64,000 bases of DNA from Candidatus Bathyarchaeia archaeon (GTDB lineage: Archaea; Thermoproteota; Bathyarchaeia; Bathyarchaeales; DTEX01). The DNA lies in the NCBI GenBank assembly GCA_038817885.1, contig JAWAZE010000004.1, positions 13,509-77,508 of the forward strand, in the 5' to 3' direction. A program made the position numbers and the translations under genes. Numbering within the stretch: position 1 is the first letter of the stretch; every line of letters starts with the position of its first letter. This document shows, one piece after another, positions 20,727 through 29,059 of the stretch. The notes beneath the pieces are model-generated. The model saw only the letters and a list, made by a program, of their open reading frames with translations. It did no database searches and had not been told where the DNA came from.

Positions 20727-21598
20727 ACGAGCGAATAGAGGCGCTAAAAACATTAGATAACATTTTGGAAGCCAAAACTCAGGGGTTGATCTTCGAGGAG
20801 GAAGGCAAGCTCAAAATAGGTGAGATCCAAATGAGTGAGCGTTGGATAATAGTTCCGTTCAAGCAGGAAATCGACCTAACTAAGCCTGACGAGTGCGTAG
20901 CCATAGATATCAATGAGACCAATATAACAGCTGTAGATTCTTCTGGAAACTGCGTGAAGATAGACGCATCTAAGCTTAGGACCATCTATGAAGCTTACAT
21001 GAACAAACTCAAGCGGATCCAAAGGATTGGGAATTCGAAGGTAAAGAAAAGACTCTATACCAAATACTCAAGCAGATGGAGGTGTAAGATTCGTGATTTG
21101 CTCCATAAACTCACCAAAGCGCTTTCAAAGTTTACAAGAGGCAAAACGCTTATAATGGAGGACCTGAAGAACATAAGGAACAGCATAAATCGAAGGGTTA
21201 AACGGTACAACAGGTTTAGCGGGCGAATCCAGCCAGTCTCTTTAAGAAGCAGAAACCTTAAGCGCAGGCTGAATATGTGGAACTTCAGAAAGATTCTGTT
21301 CTTACTTGAGTATAAGCATAAATTAAATGGCTTCGACGTAGTTTACCTCAACCCATACAAAACCTCAAGCTCATGCTCCAGATGCGGAGGAAAAATAGCT
21401 CCAATGGAGAAAACCTGTCCAAAATGCGGTTTAGACAGGGATATAAACGCTTGTTTAAACATGCTCAAGATGTGGCGAGGTTCAGGCTCCGCCGAAAGCC
21501 TCTCTGTGAGCGTAATGAAGCTGGGGTGTCAAGGCTTATATGCCGATGAGGTGAACCCAGCAGAGCTGAGGGGGAAGTCGAATTTTTCGACAGCCTGA
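20723..21598 (+). CDS. tnpB: TnpB/IS200-IS605 family RNA-guided nuclease, N-terminally truncated
   Basis: RuvC-I AIDIN, RuvC-II IMEDL, Zn finger CSRC...CPKC, RuvC-III DRDINA. Confidence 0.85.
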   Translation: MNERIEALKTLDNILEAKTQGLIFEEEGKLKIGEIQMSERWIIVPFKQEIDLTKPDECVAIDINETNITAVDSSGNCVKIDASKLRTIYEAYMNKLKRIQRIGNSKVKKRLYTKYSSRWRCKIRDLLHKLTKALSKFTRGKTLIMEDLKNIRNSINRRVKRYNRFSGRIQPVSLRSRNLKRRLNMWNFRKILFLLEYKHKLNGFDVVYLNPYKTSSSCSRCGGKIAPMEKTCPKCGLDRDINACLNMLKMWRGSGSAESLSVSVMKLGCQGLYADEVNPAELRGKSNFSTA

Positions 21599-21621
21599 TT
21601 TTCTGTCTATGAGAATCTTCC

Positions 21622-22112
21622 TTAGTATCCCAAGGTTACAAGAGCTTGCGGACCATTGTAAACCATAACTGTTTGGCTGATTATATCTCTGCTCAGTAAC
21701 ACCTTATATATCGTTGATTATCCAGTCTAACCGAGATCACGCGCACATTGTCAATGATTATTCTGGGGATATTTTGTGGAAAATTGGGATCAGAAATTGA
21801 TGGAATGACAAGCTTAACCATGTATACTTGCGCCCTTGAAACTCCTGAGGGAGTTGATAGACTAGCTATTCCAATAGGTGGATACTGAAGGGTTCTGAGA
21901 AGATTTCCGTCTACGCCAGTAATAGATGCACCTGTATCCAGTAAAGCATGTTGTAAGGTGGCGGATTTAATGCTGACATTATGACTTTTAGCCCACGTAT
22001 CAACGATAGAGGGAGGCAGAACATCAACACTTATTTGCGGCCCGAGAACAACAAGAGCTTGCGGATCAAACTGTCTTTGATTGCTATGAAAAGCTATGTT
22101 GATTACTGGCAT
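21622..22112 (-). pseudogene. Retropepsin-like aspartyl protease, frameshifted near the 3' end
   Basis: ALLDTGAS active site; C-terminal YKVLLSRDII...YNGPQALVTLGY is in another frame after a TA dinucleotide insertion at ~21716-21721. Confidence 0.8.
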
Positions 22113-22131
22113 AATGTTGCCTCATCCTACT

Positions 22132-22377
22132 CTAAAACGTGATGGATAGCAATCCATAGGTGTATGAGGGTAATTCTTCTACTTTTTCTTCCCGCGTAAT
22201 ACGCTTAATTAAGACGGGAACATAACCATACTTCTGGAGCACATCCCCAAGAGCTTCCGCCTCATTATCATAAATACCGATAACCTTCTCATCCTTAATG
22301 GCAACAACCTTATTCTCATACTTCTTAAGTAACTCCCCCTTCATCCTTTCATAAACTTCCAGCTCTTTAACCAGCAT
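22132..22377 (-). CDS. DUF5678-like small protein
   Basis: ELLKKYENKVVAIKDEKVIGIYDNEAEAL...PVLIKRI pattern; directly upstream of the aspartyl protease. Confidence 0.75.
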   Translation of the reverse strand: MLVKELEVYERMKGELLKKYENKVVAIKDEKVIGIYDNEAEALGDVLQKYGYVPVLIKRITREEKVEELPSYTYGLLSITF

Positions 22378-22500
22378 AACCTCGCCCACAAACACGCACC
22401 CTATATAACACTTATGATACATAGAGCATTATGAATTTTTCTTGGTTTTCAGCCAAGAAAAACATATATTATGTTTCGTGCTCCATAAAACTCCTTAGGC

Positions 22501-23450
22501 CTACTTGATGAGTCTCTCGAATGCCTTGCGTATCTCGCTTATCTGCTTCTTTAATTCGTTTCTAAGTTCCTTGTTTTCTTCCTCGAGTTGGCTTATCCGC
22601 TCCCTCGCCTCGTGATTCATGATTTTTATGGTCGGAGTCTCCTTGAGGAAAGTTACGGCCGGCAGAACCTTGAGGTACTCGTTTCTAAGTCACTCAATAT
22701 TACTTATGCAGAAGTCGTATAGGCTTTCTACGCCAAACCTTGTTAGGCTGTGTCCCAGGAAGGCTTCGCTTGCCATCCCGTCAACCCCGCTTATTGAGCA
22801 GGCCGTCTTAAAGAACTTCCTCAGGGCGTGGATACGCGTGTTATAACGGACCGCGTTGCTGTTTACACTCTTTTCTCCCCCAACCTTATATATGCCCTTT
22901 ATTGGAACCGGACGCATATCCAAGCCAGCCTTGCTGAATAATCCGCGCCACAGGTTTTCAAACCTCCTGTCCGATAGGGGACGCTTCCCCCTTTCGGTTG
23001 CAAAGACCGGGCTCTCAGGCGTAAGATGCTCCCCTCCTTATTCAAACTCTCTGGGATCTCAACCGCATAACACGGCAAATCTATGTTGAAGATATCATCC
23101 CGAAAATGCTTTAATTGGAGACCGAGACAGGCGCTAAGCCTGAAGTCTCCGCTCGCCATAGCGCATATAATTGCCTTCTCCCTAAGCTCAGCCACCTTAA
23201 GAAGCCGGATAATCTCTTCCTTGCTCAGGACATCACGCTTAAGGAGGGGCTTAGGTGGCCCGAACTTCCGCCTAAACTCCCTTGTAATCTCCCGCCCCAC
23301 CCTATCAACTCCTCGCACTCCATTCTCAACCAGCTAAGCCCTTATGCCTGGAAGCCAGCCCCAAGCCGTTTTTGGAGCTAGGCGATCCTTAGCCCACGTG
23401 AAGAAGTTGCTGAACTTCATGGCAATTTCATCCTCGCTAAGCGGAGGTTA
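22501..23450 (-). pseudogene. Tyrosine recombinase/integrase pseudogene
   Basis: REKAIICAMASGDFRLS, RIHALRKFF, AFLGH, LY motifs and C-terminal coiled coil; two premature stops, a frameshift near 23030 and no N-terminus. Confidence 0.85.
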
Positions 23451-23481
23451 AAAAGAAAGTAGAGAAGGAAAAAGGGCGCTG

Positions 23482-23511
23482 GTTTGTCTGTGGCGCCGCC
23501 GGACGGACTCG
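23482..23511 (-). repeat. att-like 30-bp direct repeat of the tRNA-Asn 3' end (identical to 28521-28550)
   Basis: GTTTGTCTGTGGCGCCGCCGGACGGACTCG occurs exactly at 23482-23511 and 28521-28550. Confidence 0.95.
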
Positions 23512-23601
23512 GTCTAACGGCTGTTGGAGATATCTCCCGCAAAACTCTCTTTCTTTTTCTGCTTTTGAAAATGATTCCGAAAGGAAACTATTTTGTTTGA
23601 C

Positions 23602-25269
23602 TTATTTTATTCTCACAACATTATTCCTTTCTACTCTCAGTATTATTGGAAATAAATTTTCAAATACTACTTTGACTTTATCGTTGGGCGTTTCACTAAT
23701 GAGGAATAAGGATATAATCTTATGGGAGGACGCAAGCTCTATAGCGCTTCTTGTAAATCTATAAGCTCTCCTAAACCCTATAGAATAGATTAAGTCTGTA
23801 AGATCATCCACAATTAATGAATCCATGTTTTTTATAGCTAGAGAAATATCTCCAAGCAAATAAACTAGATCATAAATGGGTAACTCGAATTCGCGATATG
23901 ATAAAGCGGTTTTCTTAGCAACCTCTGATGATAGATAAAAGATATGTACTTGTTCACTAGGCAAATGCTCTAGTATCTTCGAGCCTCTTCTAGTAAATAC
24001 TGTTAGCTCCTCGGAGTTAGCTAAAACCTCACTAATATAGAGCTTAACTATATCTTCATACTTCTCTGAAGGGCTTATCTCCATCAAAATGGGTTTTCCA
24101 AACAAGTCCTTATGCGAAAGACCAAGGAAGCGCGAAAATCCATCAAGGTGGTCCTCAGAAAAGCCTTTGGGTAGGAAAACAGCTCGAAATCTGCCATTTG
24201 CTATCTTATTAATCAACCTATTTTTCTTCAAGAAGATCTCATGAGACTTCAGCAGTACAATATTTTCGCTCTCAATAATTGGAAATATGTCGTTCCAAAA
24301 ATTTATCAGATCATCTATTATTACAAATGGTAATTTCCCTTCTTCGATCTTTTCCAGCGTCTTATCTATGATTTTGGTCAGTTGAGAACTATCAATCTCT
24401 TCTTTAATAACTATTTTTCCACCTGAAATTTCCACTTTTTCGTTTATTCCGATTTCCAGCAAATATCTGTCATATTTAAGGTAATGTTGACCTAAGATAT
24501 CCTTTTGCAGTGAATCGAAGACTTTTTGAAGAAACAAAGAGACGCTCTCATGTAATCCTATTGGCAGCGTTAGGGAGTATATTTCCTCTTTTCTCTCTTC
24601 AAGTAATATACTATATGTTAGTATACTCAGCCCTATAGTTATGGTGACACCACCCAGAGGGACAGTTTCAGGAAAGATATATAAGATGATGTTTGAAATC
24701 GTAAAACCAAAAAGGAAAAACAGGCTGAACCCTAAGAATATCAACTTATATTTTCTCTTAATAAGTTGTGACCTGCTGCCCTTAATTGGCTTTAATATCC
24801 AGATATAGTTTAATAACCCGTAAATTATATAAAACAACATTAGTAATAAAAAGATTGGATAGGGCTCCCCTAACGTAAAAATATATGACCAACCATGTTC
24901 CGTCCAAAGTACCTTAATGGGCAAAAATGGTACACCAAATATGAAGAAGACAATATTAGGCACGATCGCTATTAAGGTGTGTATCATTTTCCCATTTTGA
25001 AGGAACAGAATCGTGAGGAAAATCATTGAAAACGTTAATGAAGCAAAGCCTGTGCTTATCTTAAAGGATATTTCAGATAGAAATTCGTTAGGAGCATTTC
25101 TATGGAGAAAAATTAAGAATTGCCATAGGGCTAGAAAAATTGAGAATGACATGAAAAATTTTGATGGAATAGAATAATGACTTTTGCGAAGAACATAGGT
25201 TCCTAGCATAAGGGATAAAGTTCCTGCTACAATATACTGACTTGTAATAGGAACAAAGTGCCACTCCAT
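23602..25269 (-). CDS. Membrane sensor: N-terminal 7TM (HisKA_7TM-like) domain plus C-terminal inactive KaiC/RecA-fold (DUF835-like) domain
   Basis: About 7 hydrophobic segments in the first ~225 aa; C-terminal LIVDDLTDLIYSIG...FENLFPIIL pattern without Walker A; no His-kinase H-box. Confidence 0.7.
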   Translation of the reverse strand: MEWHFVPITSQYIVAGTLSLMLGTYVLRKSHYSIPSKFFMSFSIFLALWQFLIFLHRNAPNEFLSEISFKISTGFASLTFSMIFLTILFLQNGKMIHTLIAIVPNIVFFIFGVPFLPIKVLWTEHGWSYIFTLGEPYPIFLLLMLFYIIYGLLNYIWILKPIKGSRSQLIKRKYKLIFLGFSLFFLFGFTISNIILYIFPETVPLGGVTITIGLSILTYSILLEERKEEIYSLTLPIGLHESVSLFLQKVFDSLQKDILGQHYLKYDRYLLEIGINEKVEISGGKIVIKEEIDSSQLTKIIDKTLEKIEEGKLPFVIIDDLINFWNDIFPIIESENIVLLKSHEIFLKKNRLINKIANGRFRAVFLPKGFSEDHLDGFSRFLGLSHKDLFGKPILMEISPSEKYEDIVKLYISEVLANSEELTVFTRRGSKILEHLPSEQVHIFYLSSEVAKKTALSYREFELPIYDLVYLLGDISLAIKNMDSLIVDDLTDLIYSIGFRRAYRFTRSAIELASSHKIISLFLISETPNDKVKVVFENLFPIILRVERNNVVRIK

Positions 25270-25273
25270 ACCT

Positions 25274-26899
25274 TTAAATGGCCTCCAGTAATTCTGCTAT
25301 TCTCTTTCTTTGAGGAGGTATTATTTTTGGAGGCTTTATCTGCCCTATTTCCGCACCTTCCTTCACCATTTTCATCGAATATCGTAAGAATGATCCCTCC
25401 CTCAAATACTTAACTTTGATAATATCACCTGGCTTTTTTATAGAGAAGTCTTTTACAAAATTTTGAAAGTCGGGAAGCGTCTTAAAGAGCGCATCGAATA
25501 TAATTTTTGCAGTCTCTTTCTCCGAATATCTCCACGGTCTCTCCATAAGAATATATAATTGCTCGTCTCCCTCATGGATTTCCTTTGTAACTGCCCACTT
25601 CTCAAAATACTTTAACCCAGCTTCCCTTAGAGCGTTTAAAAAGGCTCTTTCAGTAATCCTAAAGTACCCATAGAAATCTAACAATTCATTAACTCTAGCT
25701 TTAAAGATGAAGTACGGCATACAATCATCTCTAAAATCAACAACAGTTAAGAGGTCGCCCATCTTATATCTAATAAGCATGGATTGTATTGAAGTTACTA
25801 CCAGCTCATATGTTTCTCCTCTCTTAAGTTCGTCTATTTTTTTCACATTACCTTTTTCATCAATGAATTCATAGTAACCAGTCTTTAAAATTGGAACTAA
25901 GCATTCTTTTCTATCCGGAGGACCACACATAAGTACTGGAAACTCAGTAGAAGCATATACGTTAGTTGGCTCAACTCCAAACTCTTGAATAAAAAGACTC
26001 TTATATGATTCTATATTCACACCAGCGACACTTATACCTTTAAGTGGTAAAAGATCTCTCAGTCTCTTGTACTTTTTACCAAAATGAGATAGAAGCCATC
26101 TAAATGACATATAGATTTTTGCAAGTCCAAAGTTCAGTGACTTACAGTACTCCCTAAATATTTCTGTTTTATTCTTTAAATACCTGCATACTAGATAAAA
26201 AAAGGCAGTTTCCCCTCCGGCAACAGTAGGTTTTGCCCCTCTTTCAATTTCTTTCAGAATTATCCATAACTTTTTGCCTAAATTAGTTTCCTCCATAACC
26301 TCTGGCGGGGGAATCATACTAAAATATTTACTGCTTAACAAAACGCTCCATCCGGAAAGGTAGGGCAGTGGGGCAGCAAGTTGTAGCCCTCTTTCTCCTT
26401 CTCTAATCTTAGTCTCTCCCCAACTTTCGCTGCATGTCAAAGCTGCCGCCGTTAACAAGTTCTCTTCGAAAATCTTTAAGTTAGTAGCACCATGAACTAT
26501 CCATTTAGGTTCCCCCGTTGTGCCACTTGTCTTTGCAGCGAAACCAAAATCATCAATCATCCATCCATCTACAGTAGGCTTTAGCTCAGCAAATAGCTTA
26601 GAGTAGTAGTCGAAAAAGCGCTCTCTTCCTCTAGGTTTTCTCGCAATCATTGTCTCTATTTTTAAGGCAAACTCCTGTAAAACAGGATAATCTCCATAGG
26701 TTGTTAGCGGTATATCTTCAAACTTTTCAATTTTCACACCATACTTCTTCATCAAATATTGCGCCGTCTTCGTCTTCTTCCATTTCTCGAAATTTTCCTT
26801 GATAATCCCCTCGGAGTATGCAATTTGCTCGAAAAATGGTTTTTCAAGAAAGCTGCAATACTTGTTCCATATCTCCTTCTCGTTCATCATCGCTCTCAC
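25274..26899 (-). CDS. GH3 family acyl-acid amido synthetase (adenylate-forming)
   Basis: IPLTTYGDY, KTSGTTGEPKW (motif I), YASTE (motif II), GYYEFI, YELVVT, RYKMGD (motif III), GQIKPPKI. Confidence 0.88.
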   Translation of the reverse strand: MRAMMNEKEIWNKYCSFLEKPFFEQIAYSEGIIKENFEKWKKTKTAQYLMKKYGVKIEKFEDIPLTTYGDYPVLQEFALKIETMIARKPRGRERFFDYYSKLFAELKPTVDGWMIDDFGFAAKTSGTTGEPKWIVHGATNLKIFEENLLTAAALTCSESWGETKIREGERGLQLAAPLPYLSGWSVLLSSKYFSMIPPPEVMEETNLGKKLWIILKEIERGAKPTVAGGETAFFYLVCRYLKNKTEIFREYCKSLNFGLAKIYMSFRWLLSHFGKKYKRLRDLLPLKGISVAGVNIESYKSLFIQEFGVEPTNVYASTEFPVLMCGPPDRKECLVPILKTGYYEFIDEKGNVKKIDELKRGETYELVVTSIQSMLIRYKMGDLLTVVDFRDDCMPYFIFKARVNELLDFYGYFRITERAFLNALREAGLKYFEKWAVTKEIHEGDEQLYILMERPWRYSEKETAKIIFDALFKTLPDFQNFVKDFSIKKPGDIIKVKYLREGSFLRYSMKMVKEGAEIGQIKPPKIIPPQRKRIAELLEAI

Positions 26900-27591
26900 A
26901 CCTCAGCCTCCGGATAAGGCAGTATCTCTATTCCGATATTTTTTGAGATAGTGTAGTAATAGTACCTTAGGTTTAGCTCCGTCCCCCGCATCTTAAGAAC
27001 TATCAATCTCCTTCGGAGTAAGTTTCCTCGGGGTCTCATTTCGAGTACAATTATCCCGTCAGATAAAAACTCTTCAACGCCAGTACCAAGAGTATTCCCA
27101 CCCCAAGGAATCTCAGTCGTTAGTAACGTTGTGCACCCCAATCTCCGCAATGCTTTCTGAAGAATTGATATCATTATTCTTATTTCAGCTGTGCTCCCTA
27201 GTGAGGTAGTTAAGGCCGTTATAGAGTCGATAACTAGCCTCTCAGGCTCTAAGGCTTTAACAGTTTTAATTATTTCCTCAATTATAATTTCTATGTTTTC
27301 AGCCCCCTTTGCAGAAATAAAGTCTAAGATCGACACTAACTGCTTTTTCTGAAGGCTCTCAAAATCCCATCCAAGAGTAAGCATGTTATCTTTAAAGAAG
27401 TCAGCACTTTCCTCAAATGTTACAAAAACACCTTTTTCCCCGTATTTTATGGCTCCAAAGTATATAAATTGAGCCGCAAATATAGTTTTACCAGTCCCGG
27501 GGCCTCCAGCTACTAGGATGGTACTCCCTCTTGGAAAACCACCCCGCAGTATTTCGTCAAGTTTCTCGATTCCAGTCAGAACCTTCTTCAT
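26896..27591 (-). CDS. Single-domain KaiC/RAD55-like ATPase
   Basis: TGIEKLDEILRGG, GGPGTGKT, TFEES, VIDSIT, LLTTE, DGIIVL, KMRG. Confidence 0.92.
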   Translation of the reverse strand: MKKVLTGIEKLDEILRGGFPRGSTILVAGGPGTGKTIFAAQFIYFGAIKYGEKGVFVTFEESADFFKDNMLTLGWDFESLQKKQLVSILDFISAKGAENIEIIIEEIIKTVKALEPERLVIDSITALTTSLGSTAEIRIMISILQKALRRLGCTTLLTTEIPWGGNTLGTGVEEFLSDGIIVLEMRPRGNLLRRRLIVLKMRGTELNLRYYYYTISKNIGIEILPYPEAEV

Positions 27592-27765
27592 CTACTTTTC
27601 ACCATCAAAATATAACTTATCTCATCCAAACAAAATACCTTTTTATATGGTGACTAAAAATCTTTCGCCGGCATCTCTATATGAAAGATCCATCCTTATA
27701 CTGATGTTCTCAGACCCTTTGAACCAAAATGTCCAGAGATTTCGCTCGGAGTCTCTATGAAGACG

Positions 27766-28158
27766 TTATTCACTTTTAAATCCATCTATACCACGTGTAA
27801 CCATGTATAATTCGACTGCTTTCCTTAAAAACAAGCGCATCTCTTCAGCAGATTTTTGATCGCCACTACACATAAGCTCTAGGAAAAGATCAGGACTTAT
27901 GTTTGAACCAAGCTCTTTGTTAATACCATCTACTAAAATGTTGATTAAAATTTTTGTTCCTATACCAAGAATTTTCTTTGTGACAGAGTAAAAGGTTCTC
28001 GGGTCTTTCCAAAGAACCTCAAATGGGTCACGCTCAAAATCCTTCTCCAAAAAGAAGAGTAACGCCCTTCCAGCAGATTCACCTAATAGGGAATAAATAC
28101 TTTGCCTACAAACTCTACCAACAGTATTAATAATAAGTTCCTCGCTATCACTACTCAA
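27766..28158 (-). CDS. Small helical protein (DUF3227/NitrOD5-like), first gene of the cassette
   Basis: LLGESAGRALLFFL...DPRTFYSVTKKILGIGTKIL pattern; family assignment by resemblance only. Confidence 0.55.
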   Translation of the reverse strand: MSSDSEELIINTVGRVCRQSIYSLLGESAGRALLFFLEKDFERDPFEVLWKDPRTFYSVTKKILGIGTKILINILVDGINKELGSNISPDLFLELMCSGDQKSAEEMRLFLRKAVELYMVTRGIDGFKSE

Positions 28159-28529
28159 AATTCCACCCTAAAATAATTTTTCTTCTACCCTCTATATATT
28201 TATTACTTGTGACATAGTTAAAAATAGATACCTTTATAGTAAGTCCAAAAATAATCTGAAATTATTGGACCGTTCGCTGGGGATATCCCCGCATATCCCG
28301 CTTTAAGAGTGGTTTTTAATGGTGCAGGAATTTAGCCCAGCAGACGGGAAGCATCTTTATCCCAAGGTTTCATTAATCTTGAGCTTCTACGTAAAAGACT
28401 TAGCCATAATTAGCTTGCCGGGCTAGCAGTTTCATTGAGAAGATGCGCGGACGGCGAGACTATACGCGACTTTAATGGCATCAAATTATATATCATTTAG
28501 AAGCGCAGGTGAATAGAGATGTTTGTCTG

Positions 28530-28638
28530 TGGCGCCGCCGGACGGACTCGAACCGTCGACCCACGGGTTAACAGCCTCAGCCTCCCGGAGTGCATTGCCT
28601 CCGGGGCCCGCTGCTCTACCTAACTGAGCTACGGCGGC
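28530..28638 (-). tRNA. tRNA-Asn (GTT) with 32-nt intron at a non-canonical position (~29/30)
   Basis: GCCGCCG acceptor, GCGGG/CCCGT stem, CTGTTAA loop, TTCGAGT T-loop, CCA; hairpin insert at ~28577-28608. Confidence 0.92.
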
Positions 28639-28768
28639 CCGCTGAGTCAGCTGACAGCGCCATTAAACTTGAGTTCTTCGAAATATTTAAGTTTTAATTT
28701 CACTTTAAAAATCTACAGCAATATTCTTAAATAGGATATTCTTTAAGAATATTTTGGTGCACTTTGCT

Positions 28769-28846
28769 GGGCCCGTAGCTCAGCTAGGTTAGAGCGGCGG
28801 GCTCATAACCCGCGGGTCGCCGGTTCGAGTCCGGTCGGGCCCACCA
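28769..28846 (+). tRNA. tRNA with CAT anticodon, probably tRNA-Ile2 (agmatidine); elongator Met not excluded
   Basis: GGGCCCG acceptor typical of archaeal Ile tRNAs, CTCATAA loop, TTCGAGT, encoded CCA. Confidence 0.85.
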
Positions 28847-29059
28847 AATCTTCTTCATGTTTGTGCAAAATGGTGTTCTATATTTTTCAGCGCTGTTGGA
28901 TTGTTTATATCTTTTTGCCGGAAAAGAAAAGTTATCTTAAGGAAAGGGCCCATAGCGTTATGGGAGATTAGATTATATAAATGATGATTTCGCTAAAATT
29001 ACATGAGGGGTATTCCCTATAACATAGGGAGAATGGTATGATTTCCGGGTGAAAGCCCT

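Larger units (their letters stand above)
19182..23481. mobile_element. Decayed integrative element (primase-polymerase, TnpB, DUF5678/protease pair, tyrosine integrase)
   Basis: Replication and integration genes with stops and frameshifts, lying between tRNA-iMet and the att-like repeat at 23482. Confidence 0.75.
23482..28550. mobile_element. tRNA-Asn-integrated AT-rich cassette without its own integrase
   Basis: Bounded by exact 30-bp direct repeats; visibly AT-richer than the flanks; four co-oriented intact genes. Confidence 0.8.

Noticed and set aside
22680..23340. Stop-codon readthrough (Sec/Pyl or recoding) in the integrase
   Set aside because: The stops co-occur with a frameshift and truncation, and normal genes here end in TGA and TAG; simple decay explains them
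23450..23511. SSV1-type split integrase with att inside the gene
   Set aside because: The integrase frame is closed by TAA before reaching the repeat, and no N-terminal fragment was recognisable beside tRNA-Asn
26896..27591. Circadian clock KaiC
   Set aside because: Single domain, no kaiA/kaiB nearby, and the canonical Ser-Thr phosphosite pair is not present (EEFLSD)
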